Shown here one piece after another: positions 35,901-44,247 of a DNA stretch of 56,635 bases (positions are counted from its first letter, which is position 1; every line of letters begins with the position of its first letter). The notes under the pieces are model-generated. The model saw nothing but the letters and a program-made list of their open reading frames with translations, was not told the origin of the DNA and searched no databases. A program made the translations under genes and the position numbers. The stretch comes from a virus (Duplodnaviria; Caudoviricetes). Where the stretch lies: positions 1-56,635 of IMG/VR virus record IMGVR_UViG_3300034356_000821; one strand, written 5' to 3'.

Positions 35901-38153
35901 TATGGCCCTTCATCTGGTGACAGAATGTATGATCGTGCCTTTGTTGAGAACGCCAACCCTATGGTGGTTGCTGCCATTGATAGGACAATGGCTAACAACA
36001 GATACAAGGCTTTGTCACCCACTGAACAGAAGTTGGCATTGACCAATGTTGTTCGTGACGTTACAGGTATTGCTCGTGACAAGACAGACGGTAAGTTCAT
36101 GTCTGAAGACCTGACTCGTGTTAAGAAGATGCGCTTTGACAAACTGTCTGCTGATCAACGCAAGGTTATTAACGAACGTTATGCCAAAGACAACAAAGGT
36201 GTAACTCTCGAAGAAGCTAAAGACTACCGCGCTGTCGATAAGTATGAAGCTATGTTGGGTAACTTAGCCTTTGCCAAAGGTGGTCTTGCTGCCAAGATTG
36301 TAGGTAAGAAGGTTGCTGGTGAAGCTGTTGATTCTGTGACAAGCAAGCTTAAAAGCCTGACACCAACACCAACGCCTGCTGCTGACAACGCAGCAATCGA
36401 TGCCATCATCAACAAAGAACTTGGTGCTCCATCACCCGCCATCGATCAAACAGCTAACATGTTGATGGGTAAGAAGCCTGTGCTTCCTAAAACCACAGCA
36501 AAACAAACGCCTTCGCTTCCTGAAGAGCCAGCAACACCTGCACCAACCACACCAGAAGCGCCTGTGTTGAGCCAAACAGATGATGCCCTGCCTACCCTAC
36601 CTGCACAGACAATGGAGGCTCCTACGCTCTCTAAAGCCTTTGCTGATGAAGACTATGTCAAGGGTGAAGAGGCTATGCTTGAGTCGTACACACCTGCTCA
36701 GCTTAAGAGTTGGAAGATAGCCAACCCTGAAGACTACGAAAACACTCTTCATAGCTTTACTGGTCAAGCTAAAGGACTGAAATATTCTGAAATGCCACCA
36801 CAGCCTTTTGCTAAGAAGACTGATGAGGCTGCTGAGTCTTTGGTTGATGAAGTTGAATATGATATGGATGGTAATCCTGTTAGTGTTGGTGGTGTTGCTG
36901 TTAAGAAAGCTACACCAGTTGCTGATGAGTATGGTGTTGACCTTAAGTACTTGTCGGGTGATGCCAACTCTGTAGTTAAGAAAACCAGTGTTGCTCAACG
37001 TAACGCTGCTGTGTCTGCCATCAAAGAGACACGTGAAGACAACTTCTTCAAGCTGCGTAACAATGATAAGTTTGCTTCAGTAGATGATGATGTGTTGGGT
37101 GTGGTGTTGGGTGACTATCGCTACTCACGTGGTGCTGAACTCAACCCTAAAGACCCTGACATGCTTGCTGACGCTGTAAAGATGGCTGGTCAATATCAGA
37201 AACGTCTTGATGTTTTGCGTGAGAAGTATAAAGATGTACCACCTGTGAAGCTGTTCCACGGTCAAGGTACAACCTCTGCCATTGAACCAATTAAGAAGTC
37301 AGGCTTCACGGACCCGTCTAAGCGTGATGAGTTCTTCCATTCTGAAATGATGGTGGGTGCTCCATCGTTTACCAAAGACTTGAACCTTGGCTTTCGAGGT
37401 ACGCCATTTGGTGGAACAAGACCAGAGAACTATGTTGTCACAGAGATTCCTTATGCTGATTATGTGTTCAACAAAATCAATATGTCACCTGAGAATTATG
37501 ACAAGAAAGATATGAACACCATTCTTCGTGCCGTCACTGGCGCACCCGGTGTTGTTCGTCCTGTTGGCTTACCTCGTGCTGGCTTCTTAGAGACTGAAGA
37601 CATGATGCTGGAGGCTGAGAAGCTTCGCGTCAAAGGTAGAGATGCTAAGTTGCGTAGTGGTGAAAAGGATGTTGCTCAGGTGCTGGACACTGGTGGTAAA
37701 GGTCTGAGTCGAGCAACGATGAAGGGTGAAGAAGAAGTTGTGTCAGAGTATATGAAGCTTGCTCGTACCACTCCAGACCCTAAAGAGAAGATGAAGCTGG
37801 CATACATGTCCTACACTGGCATCAAAGACTTGATGAACAATTATCTGGATATGGCTACAGCAACGTCTACGAAGTCTGGTCTTGGTCAACAATATCAAGC
37901 TGCCATTAACAACTTTGCAGACTACTCAGGTATTCAGCGACAGATGCGTGAAGTCGCTGACATCTTGGATGCTGGTGGAGCTAAGCAGAAAGCACAGAAC
38001 CTGTATGAACTTACAGACAAGTTGAAGAAGTTTCAACAGTCTGAACCTGCAATCTCCACAGCGGTTGATGAAAGCAAACGAATTAAACCACTGGACGAGG
38101 TGAGAAAGTTTGTACCAAAGCTGGCAAAGGGTGGTCTAGCAAGTCGTCGGTAA
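32919..38153 (+). CDS. Large ejection protein (1744 aa) with C-terminal ADP-ribosyltransferase-like module
   Basis: Last gene of the virion arm; FGxND x3 at the N-terminus; LFHG...SFT...ETE; three AKGG motifs. Confidence 0.8.
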   Translation: MAFGINDKEVSTGFGANDKVVSGGFGANDAVVSKPTPQSEVDLTKPAFAAPRQRATELKKAQAVAISGRDEKNEGLTWNDLTTNPSLQDIQKQFLEIRTGKKAEGISGVELSNQFMSSARADEWNTFSNIAYLNQLRNSPLPDKEKLALGKLVFERTKSALEEGGQPGARPYVDAVTSAFTDLSNYVGLGVGAGLKKGVAKEVTKAATRAALGEVAETGVKAKLAQAMTVTPLKAGLGVVGTEAVIGGGQAAVEQKAQVATSKVLAEQRPDLGVAPKEFDDTAVAVAALFSAAFGGVEAVGIMKAKGGKSGAEQLNDVLKDKIKTSTDPNAPPTKVERVLTDPVAQNMDKVVEEFMNIQGRQVLNEVNPATALTDAKIQKDLSARAVRVALHVIEQDPTFRLRPNQKTSTAIAEVFSQLDTIDDALLEQAIRKEGLTPDQFAAANKLTVTEAAQVMQQYSAASKVLKRMSEIDPEFKKQVDALFEKPDEYVSALGRLGQGIQTLERESKAWIVSGIGTTVRNVIGTSIGLTYNSAASLIEGALYTVGRTLDGAASGKRIETAKNSLGDTMRDAFGVYGYMAKGGLSTEVTDTLLQHNPAIRNNILSATQESSTKEISKAAQVFNSLNVAQDAFFRKAIFNASVEKHMRRAGLDMYEVIAEGKTIPASVLKEAADETLKATFSYTPKAQKKGIQTFEAGAEAAGNLFVKAAEFPGGSLLATFPRFMSNAIAFQYRYSVFGAISGAEDLAQGALMKAAGSSGGEALIRKGQQNIAKGVVGTAALAAAYDYRMNNQDTEWYNMKNDDGSTVDTRAIFPLGPTLAVADFMAKRKLGLEPKTAEALEAVVGMKMPAGTQNQFLDQVFAAFSSEKEADKLEVAVGKVLGDFTARFAQPFVFKSAYEFLDLFREEGAIQRDPNVLTAEGGGGRLVEAAVNRVQSKLPVLKEDLPEAIPRLREGPVYKEGEFFYSLVGVRETPNKTPAEKEIVRLGIDPFKLYGPSSGDRMYDRAFVENANPMVVAAIDRTMANNRYKALSPTEQKLALTNVVRDVTGIARDKTDGKFMSEDLTRVKKMRFDKLSADQRKVINERYAKDNKGVTLEEAKDYRAVDKYEAMLGNLAFAKGGLAAKIVGKKVAGEAVDSVTSKLKSLTPTPTPAADNAAIDAIINKELGAPSPAIDQTANMLMGKKPVLPKTTAKQTPSLPEEPATPAPTTPEAPVLSQTDDALPTLPAQTMEAPTLSKAFADEDYVKGEEAMLESYTPAQLKSWKIANPEDYENTLHSFTGQAKGLKYSEMPPQPFAKKTDEAAESLVDEVEYDMDGNPVSVGGVAVKKATPVADEYGVDLKYLSGDANSVVKKTSVAQRNAAVSAIKETREDNFFKLRNNDKFASVDDDVLGVVLGDYRYSRGAELNPKDPDMLADAVKMAGQYQKRLDVLREKYKDVPPVKLFHGQGTTSAIEPIKKSGFTDPSKRDEFFHSEMMVGAPSFTKDLNLGFRGTPFGGTRPENYVVTEIPYADYVFNKINMSPENYDKKDMNTILRAVTGAPGVVRPVGLPRAGFLETEDMMLEAEKLRVKGRDAKLRSGEKDVAQVLDTGGKGLSRATMKGEEEVVSEYMKLARTTPDPKEKMKLAYMSYTGIKDLMNNYLDMATATSTKSGLGQQYQAAINNFADYSGIQRQMREVADILDAGGAKQKAQNLYELTDKLKKFQQSEPAISTAVDESKRIKPLDEVRKFVPKLAKGGLASRR

Positions 38154-38168
38154 TAAGCACCGACAATA

Positions 38169-38200
38169 AGAAAGGGGAGCCTATGTAGCTCCCCTTTTTG
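38169..38200. terminator. Bidirectional terminator between the converging arms
   Basis: AAAGGGGAGC-N7-GCTCCCCTTTTT. Confidence 0.85.
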
Positions 38201-38202
38201 TT

Positions 38203-38278
38203 TGGCCTACCCCGTAGGAGTCGAACCTACAACCTACGGATTTGGAGTCCGTTGCTCTGCCAGTTGAGCTAGAGATAG
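38203..38278 (-). tRNA. trnW: tRNA-Trp(CCA)
   Basis: Complete 76-nt cloverleaf; anticodon loop CTCCAAA; GTTCGA T-loop; encoded CCA end. Confidence 0.95.
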
Positions 38279-38279
38279 A

Positions 38280-38350
38280 TGGAAGCGGGGGAAGTATTCG
38301 AAACTTCTGCGTAGAGCTTATGAGACTTACGGATGCCCTGAATCCCCGCT
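38280..38350 (-). tRNA. Atypical tRNA-like RNA with CAT anticodon and reduced D-arm
   Basis: 7-bp acceptor stem, T-arm, CTCATAA loop and CCA end; 71 nt. Confidence 0.65.
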
Positions 38351-38362
38351 GTCAATGTTATA

Positions 38363-38746
38363 TCACACCTTGAACGCTTCTTTCAACTGTTCTGTTGCAG
38401 CTTCAATAAGCTTGGGATGACGGAACTTAAACATGTCAGGAATCTCCAACACATAATGTTCCATGTTGTCGATCAGTTCTTTGTGATCATAGCAAGCTGA
38501 GATGTAATTGCCATCATCAACAAACACTACAACATCAGCCCACTGTAGCTGCACCTCATCAAGCACAATCAATGCATACTCACTGGATGTACCAACAGCA
38601 CGAGTGTTGTAATTGAAGGGTTCGTTAGACAATATCCACGCCAGTGTAGGGCTACGCAGCAGTCCAGCAGAACAGACACACAGCACCTTCTTTGCATCCC
38701 CTTGATTGGGATTTTTCATGTTATGAAGTCGATTGAATGTTGTCAT
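38363..38746 (-). CDS. Low-molecular-weight phosphatase (LMW-PTP/ArsC fold)
   Basis: VLCVCSAGLLRS Cx5R P-loop; WADVV; IPD. Confidence 0.85.
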   Translation of the reverse strand: MTTFNRLHNMKNPNQGDAKKVLCVCSAGLLRSPTLAWILSNEPFNYNTRAVGTSSEYALIVLDEVQLQWADVVVFVDDGNYISACYDHKELIDNMEHYVLEIPDMFKFRHPKLIEAATEQLKEAFKV

Positions 38747-38919
38747 TTTGTAATCCGTGAAAGGTTGTCAAAGTATGCAGCGTTGAAGCCACGTTCCCAT
38801 TCCATACCAGCCAAGCTAGATGGATCGTAGCTGTTGGTCAGCCAACCACGACTGAAGGCATAGTAGCCCTTGTCAAACTGGATACGCAGCAAATGTTGTG
38901 GTCGTTTAAACTGTTGCAT
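38743..38919 (-). CDS. RMF-like small protein
   Basis: GYYAF..G...EWERGF pattern. Confidence 0.55.
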   Translation of the reverse strand: MQQFKRPQHLLRIQFDKGYYAFSRGWLTNSYDPSSLAGMEWERGFNAAYFDNLSRITK

Positions 38920-39199
38920 GATTGTCTCCATAGAGTTCGTTGCTAAGCAGATAACCTTCTAGCTCCCACATCTTGTTGATGGCATCCTCGTAAGCATACT
39001 TCTCGCCAAGGGCTGTGTTGAACTTAGCAGGGTCTACACAGGCACTCTTACCAATGATAAGAAAGCCACAATACAGATGCATGAAGCAGAGCGTTGTTGT
39101 TGTGTCAGGCACCACATAGTACTCCACCTTCTTAGTCTTCTCGGCCATGTCTGTCGTGGTGATAGAGGTGCGCTTCACGGGTTTATTCGGTTGGTTCAT
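38906..39199 (-). CDS. N4 gp49 / Sf6 gp66 family protein
   Basis: GF.IIGKSACVDPAKFNTALG..AYEDA..KMWELEGYLL. Confidence 0.85.
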   Translation of the reverse strand: MNQPNKPVKRTSITTTDMAEKTKKVEYYVVPDTTTTLCFMHLYCGFLIIGKSACVDPAKFNTALGEKYAYEDAINKMWELEGYLLSNELYGDNHATV

Positions 39200-39368
39200 C
39201 TTCATCGGCCTCATTAACTTTTTCTGTGATGTACTGATAGGCCAACACAGCAGCGATGTGTGCATTGCTTTCTTTGTTGACTGGTTCAGGGGTGAACAAG
39301 ATTTGCATTTCAAGACCTCCATCGTTGTTGTCAGTGAAGATGATGGTGGCTTTATTAACGGGTGGCAT
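39183..39368 (-). CDS. Hypothetical protein
   Basis: AGGAG RBS; 61 aa. Confidence 0.65.
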   Translation of the reverse strand: MPPVNKATIIFTDNNDGGLEMQILFTPEPVNKESNAHIAAVLAYQYITEKVNEADEDEPTE

Positions 39369-39843
39369 AAGTATGCTCCTTTAGTTGGTGGATAGGAAGG
39401 TTGTAACAATCGCTCTTAACTACATAGCCATTGTCGGGATCAATTGTACCCTTAGTCATATACTTTGAGTCAAGCATGTATTGTTGTTTTTCGTACACAC
39501 CCAAGAACCAACCCACACTGAAGTCGTTCTTGACACGAACGAAAGCATAGTAGTCACACTCTTGGGTTGTATTCAAAGCAGCGATAGAGCACTCGTAGGT
39601 TGTCAAAGGTTTAACAGAAGTCTGCTTAGTCTTCACATCCACTGTCTTGCCGTTGCACAAGATGAGATCATAGTCGTAGGTGTTAGCGAGTACACCTCCC
39701 ATAACCTGCTCAGCAATAGCTTCACCGATGAAGCCAGCTAAGTTGCCTGCCCCACTGATGATGCTATTGCGTAGCCTACCCATCTCTGCCGCCTTGTCTC
39801 GGGCAGTGACGAGCATGTCGCCTGTGATGACAATCTCAATCAC
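39355..39843 (-). CDS. PD-(D/E)xK nuclease-like protein
   Basis: GFIGE...YDYDL...VDVKT. Confidence 0.65.
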   Translation of the reverse strand: MIEIVITGDMLVTARDKAAEMGRLRNSIISGAGNLAGFIGEAIAEQVMGGVLANTYDYDLILCNGKTVDVKTKQTSVKPLTTYECSIAALNTTQECDYYAFVRVKNDFSVGWFLGVYEKQQYMLDSKYMTKGTIDPDNGYVVKSDCYNLPIHQLKEHTYATR

Positions 39844-40022
39844 TCAGTATCACCAATTAAATTCATTTCACCAATGTAGATTTTGATGAACGGTAATAGG
39901 ATGATGATACCAATGAATGCAAACAACCCATCAGTTACTTCATCAGTGTCAGCGATATGACAGATGTCTTCGTTGTATTCAATGTCAAAGCCGATGCCTT
40001 GTCGTAAGTTGATAACCATCAT
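39840..40022 (-). CDS. Hypothetical protein
   Basis: 4-nt overlaps on both sides. Confidence 0.65.
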   Translation of the reverse strand: MMVINLRQGIGFDIEYNEDICHIADTDEVTDGLFAFIGIIILLPFIKIYIGEMNLIGDTE

Positions 40023-40201
40023 AGACTTGTTCCTATTTCTGTGAATTCAAAAGAGAGTTGCCAAAGATGTGCATAGCTAGGTTGATTGCGAAGCCATATC
40101 AGAAACTTACTCTGTGCTTCAGATATGGTGGCAGCTTCAACATGCAACACACCCTTGAACACATTGTTTTGGCTGCTATAGCTGACAGTGAAGTGTCTCA
40201 T
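40019..40201 (-). CDS. Hypothetical protein
   Basis: ATGA overlap with nrdB. Confidence 0.65.
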   Translation of the reverse strand: MRHFTVSYSSQNNVFKGVLHVEAATISEAQSKFLIWLRNQPSYAHLWQLSFEFTEIGTSL

Positions 40202-41160
40202 GCTGCCTTACCCCACACATCATCCCATGTCCCTGTTTGGGCACCCTTACTGTAGTCTGTCACCTTCTGTTCAAAGAAGTTGGTGTGGGATGTACCAAGC
40301 ATACCATCAACCCAAGGCAGAGGATTCTTCTTTATCTTGTAGATTCCTTTCATGCCCATTGAGATGAGGCGACGATCAGCAATGTAACGAATGTATTGCT
40401 TCACTTCTTCTTTGGTAAGCTTCTCAACTTCCAACATACCAAAAGCAAGATCAATGAACTTGTCCTCAATATCCACCATCTCTTGAGCAATCTTCTTAAT
40501 CTGCTCAGGTGTTGTTTCATCCTGATGATGTTTAACATATTCTCTGTATACCTTTATCATTCCTTCAGCATGCATAGTCTCGTCGGTGATGGACCAGCTA
40601 ATGATCTGACCCAACCCCTTCAACTTGCCGTTACGTGCGAAGTTTAGCAGCATGACAAAGCTAGAGAACAGTTGCATGCCTTCACCAAACGCAGAGATTG
40701 TAGCGATCTTTTCAGCCATTGGCGCACCATCAATGCGCTGAACATACTCATGCTTGTCCAACATCTCTTTGTACTGCAAGAACTCGTTGTAGGTTGATTC
40801 AGGCAATCCAAGTGTCTCAATCAAATGAGCATAGGCAGCAACGTGCAAAGCTTCACGGGCAGCAAAGCCACTCAACATCATCCTGATTTCATGGTTGCGA
40901 AACGCAGGGATGTAATGGTTGTGGTAGCCACCACCAATGTCCAAGTCGCCCTGTACAAAGAAGCGCAATATCTTTGTCAGAAACTCTTGTTCATCTTTGT
41001 TGAGTTTCTTATAGTCTTTAACGTCCTCAGACATTGGCACTTCGCTGTGCAACCAATGACTCTGCTCATGCTGCAACCAAGCGTCATGTGCCCAAGGGTA
41101 GGTGAAGGGACGGAACGCTGTAGTTTCCGTATCCATTTTATATTGTTTTATCATAGTCAT
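40198..41160 (-). CDS. nrdB: Ribonucleotide reductase class I beta subunit
   Basis: REALH, EGMQLFSSF, DETMH di-iron ligands; NFFE. Confidence 0.95.
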   Translation of the reverse strand: MTMIKQYKMDTETTAFRPFTYPWAHDAWLQHEQSHWLHSEVPMSEDVKDYKKLNKDEQEFLTKILRFFVQGDLDIGGGYHNHYIPAFRNHEIRMMLSGFAAREALHVAAYAHLIETLGLPESTYNEFLQYKEMLDKHEYVQRIDGAPMAEKIATISAFGEGMQLFSSFVMLLNFARNGKLKGLGQIISWSITDETMHAEGMIKVYREYVKHHQDETTPEQIKKIAQEMVDIEDKFIDLAFGMLEVEKLTKEEVKQYIRYIADRRLISMGMKGIYKIKKNPLPWVDGMLGTSHTNFFEQKVTDYSKGAQTGTWDDVWGKAA

Positions 41161-42935
41161 CCTTCGCAAGCTAAGCAGGTGTCACCATCTGCAATTTGTT
41201 TCAAATCAATTTCGTCTTCAATGCGTTGACGCTTTATCTGAGCACCAACCTTGTCTGCCTTACGCACCTTCTCGCTGCGTAGATAGTACAGGCTCTTCAG
41301 TCCACTCTTCCAAGCTAAAAAGTGAATGCTGTGCAGATACTTCACAGACACGTTAGCCGGGAAGAACAGATTCACACTCTGTCCCTGATCAATATATTTC
41401 TGACGGTCAGCAGCAAGCTCAATCAACCAGCGCTGATCAATCTCCATCGCTGTCTTGTACACTTCCTTCAGCTTCTCAGGTACGTCCAGATGCTGGATAG
41501 AGCCATCGTTGCTGATGATGGATGCCCATGTATCGTCATCGTCCATACCAAGCTTCTCAAGCTCTGCTTTGAGGAAACGATTCTTGTACACGAACGCACC
41601 AGATAATGTATCCTGACGGAATACATTGGCGCGGTAGGGTTCGATTGATGGGCTGGTGTTGCCCATGATTAGGCTGCTGCTGGCATTGGGAGCAATAGCA
41701 GTCCAATGACTAAAACGACGACGAACACCACTGAGATGTGCATCAGGGCATTCGCCACGTGATGTAACCAAGATAGCGTCACCAATCGTGCATTGGTTGT
41801 GGATGTGTTTGAAGATTTCATTGTTGTAACTCTTAGCTATTACACCATCGATGGCAACACCTTTCTTTTGCAAGAAAGCATGGAAGCCTAATGTACCAAT
41901 ACCAATACTTCGTTCCATCATCGCACTAGAACGAGCACGGGCGATAGAGTCTGGAGCATTGTCAATAAAGTATTGAAGTACATTATCAAGCATCTCCATA
42001 ACATCAAGTATAAACTGCTTGTTCTTTTTCCATTCATCATAGTACTCCAAGTTCAATGAAGACAAGCAGCACACGGCAGTGCGTTTCTCATTTGTCGGCA
42101 AGAAGATTTCAGTGCAGAGGTTACTACCGTTGATGGTCAAGCCTTTGTCTTTCAACCAAGACGGTAAAGCTTTGTTAGCTGTGTCGATGTAGATGAGGTA
42201 GGGTTCACCAGTCTGCATACGCAACTCAAGAATCTTTTGCCACAGATACTTAGCTGACACTGTCTCAATCACTTCACCATTGGCAGGGTTGACTAGGTTG
42301 AAGCTGTCGTCAGCATTGTCATCTTTCATGCATCTTTCAATGATGTTCATGAACTCATCGGTAATGTTAATACCGTGGTGCATGTTCAATGTACGCACGT
42401 TCTGATCACCAGTGGGCTTACGCATCTCCAAGAACTGGATGATGTCGGGGTGATGGATGTCAAGATAGGCAGCATAGCTACCACGGCGTGTACGTCCTTG
42501 ACGGTAGGCCAATGAACTAGCATCATAGATTTTTAAGTGAGGCATGACACCAGTGGACTTGTCATCGCTGTTACGAATACCAACGTGAATACCAACACCA
42601 CCACCCATCATCGATAGCCAGTTTGTCTCTGAAAGGTTATCGACCAAACCTTCTGCACTATCGTCCATGTAATTAAGAAAACAGCTAATAGGAAGCCCAC
42701 GCTTAGACCTACCAAAAGATAGGACAGGAGTAGAATAGCTGAGCCAATGTTTACTAGAGTATTCATATAGTCGCTGAGCATGTTCTTGGTTGCTTGCGAA
42801 TGAGGCTGATACAAATGCAAATCTTTCTTGCGGAGATACTTCGTCATCTTTCATGTAGCTTTCTTTAAGTCGTTGCCTACCTAGTTCGTCGAAAAGATTG
42901 TCTCGTGATAGGTCAATGTCAACCTTGAATGTCAT
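41157..42935 (-). CDS. nrdA: Ribonucleotide reductase class I alpha subunit (no ATP cone)
   Basis: ISCFL, SNLCTEI, IAPNASSS, DQGQS, LYY, C-terminal CLAC. Confidence 0.95.
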   Translation of the reverse strand: MTFKVDIDLSRDNLFDELGRQRLKESYMKDDEVSPQERFAFVSASFASNQEHAQRLYEYSSKHWLSYSTPVLSFGRSKRGLPISCFLNYMDDSAEGLVDNLSETNWLSMMGGGVGIHVGIRNSDDKSTGVMPHLKIYDASSLAYRQGRTRRGSYAAYLDIHHPDIIQFLEMRKPTGDQNVRTLNMHHGINITDEFMNIIERCMKDDNADDSFNLVNPANGEVIETVSAKYLWQKILELRMQTGEPYLIYIDTANKALPSWLKDKGLTINGSNLCTEIFLPTNEKRTAVCCLSSLNLEYYDEWKKNKQFILDVMEMLDNVLQYFIDNAPDSIARARSSAMMERSIGIGTLGFHAFLQKKGVAIDGVIAKSYNNEIFKHIHNQCTIGDAILVTSRGECPDAHLSGVRRRFSHWTAIAPNASSSLIMGNTSPSIEPYRANVFRQDTLSGAFVYKNRFLKAELEKLGMDDDDTWASIISNDGSIQHLDVPEKLKEVYKTAMEIDQRWLIELAADRQKYIDQGQSVNLFFPANVSVKYLHSIHFLAWKSGLKSLYYLRSEKVRKADKVGAQIKRQRIEDEIDLKQIADGDTCLACEG

Positions 42936-43019
42936 GTAATACCTTAGTGTTATTGAAAAAGAAAGCAGCCGAAGCTGCTTAGGTGTTGGGGGATAGAAGT
43001 TATATCATCTATCGAATGT

Positions 43020-43190
43020 TCATTCTGTTTCCTTTGTTGGTGTAGCTTCTTTACCCGTTTCAATAGCATCTGTGATGCAGGCAATGAGAGCATAGCGGAG
43101 CAGAAACTCTTTAGCTGCTTCGTCCATGTAGACATTGAAGTCGGCAGAACCGTCTTCGTTTTCTCTGTAGTTTTCAAGTTCAATTTTCAT
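43020..43190 (-). CDS. Hypothetical protein
   Basis: ENEDGSA motif; GAGG RBS. Confidence 0.65.
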   Translation of the reverse strand: MKIELENYRENEDGSADFNVYMDEAAKEFLLRYALIACITDAIETGKEATPTKETE

Positions 43191-43348
43191 TTCTTCCTCA
43201 CTGCATAAATAATAAGACCAATGATTGTGCTGATCATTGTAGCCACATGAAATAGTGTTGGTGCCAGTACAAACCACCAAGACCAATCAATGAATTCTGT
43301 CAACTTCAACGTGATGAAGATGAGGGTTAATACATTTAGAAAGCCCAT
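43187..43348 (-). CDS. Small membrane protein (FITLKL...IDWSWW.V.AP)
   Basis: Read manually; two hydrophobic helices; GGAG RBS. Confidence 0.7.
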   Translation of the reverse strand: MGFLNVLTLIFITLKLTEFIDWSWWFVLAPTLFHVATMISTIIGLIIYAVRKK

Positions 43349-44247
43349 TAGAACAACTCCTTTTTCAGTTCTTTAATCTTCGCTGTCACATAGTGCGACA
43401 ACACTTTGAAGTCAACCTTTGGATTCTTAAACTCTTTGATAAAGTTCCAAGTTTCCTCAGTGACTACATCGTACCACACGGTGTTGATCAGTCGAGGAAT
43501 ATATTTCGATGACCATCCACCCATCTCGTTGACAATCTTTGCTTCCACCTTGTCAACCAAAGCTTGCGTCACGTACTTAGCAGCAATCTTCTCTTCAACG
43601 ATTTCACCACCAATGACAGGCGCACCCATCTCAAGGTGATGCTTGGCTTTGAATTCGTTAGCGACAATCTTAGCCCATGTCTGACGACCATACTTGTTCT
43701 TGTAGTCATAGTTCTTGATGACAACACCTTCACCAGCGCCCTCACCGTCCTTCACCAGATAGTGTGCCTTACTCAGACACTCAGTGAAGTGGTCGATGCT
43801 GCCGTTCTTGATGATGGCAATTGGTGCAATGATGTTGATGCCAGCAGCAACGAGTCCTTCAGAGTATTCGTCATAGCTGAGCAAGCGTTCTTTGCTACGG
43901 TCAAACACATCGAACACATAGAACTTGCGCCATGCATCGTCGTTGTAGGTCTTCAGTGTGTGCGGTACAAGCCATTCACCGTAGAGGACATGTTCGGGAT
44001 TAGAATACATGTATGGAACAACAGAATAGTCATCAACCATAGCCTTCATAAAGCCAGCATTGTCGTTATCTATGGCAAGCTCACGGTTACGACTACCACA
44101 ACTGAACGGTATGGTTTTGGTTGGGTCCATCCAAACACTACCGTTAGTACCGTCCAGCTTAGGGAACACATAGCATGTACCCACTTCAATGCCTTCAACT
44201 TCGGTGTTGCCGTAGCGTTCAAGGTGTTGATATTTAATGAAGCTCAT
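43348..44247 (-). CDS. RNA ligase, Rnl2-like
   Basis: KLDGTN, SRN, YGEW, FYVFDV, EGVVIK, AKIV nucleotidyltransferase motifs. Confidence 0.88.
   Translation of the reverse strand: MSFIKYQHLERYGNTEVEGIEVGTCYVFPKLDGTNGSVWMDPTKTIPFSCGSRNRELAIDNDNAGFMKAMVDDYSVVPYMYSNPEHVLYGEWLVPHTLKTYNDDAWRKFYVFDVFDRSKERLLSYDEYSEGLVAAGINIIAPIAIIKNGSIDHFTECLSKAHYLVKDGEGAGEGVVIKNYDYKNKYGRQTWAKIVANEFKAKHHLEMGAPVIGGEIVEEKIAAKYVTQALVDKVEAKIVNEMGGWSSKYIPRLINTVWYDVVTEETWNFIKEFKNPKVDFKVLSHYVTAKIKELKKELF

Noticed and set aside
32919-38153. N4- or crAss-like virion RNA polymerase
   Set aside because: No RNAP catalytic motifs seen, and early genes have consensus sigma70 promoters
38203-38278. Suppressor tRNA or stop-codon reassignment
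   Set aside because: The anticodon is ordinary CCA, and all three stops terminate intact genes under code 11
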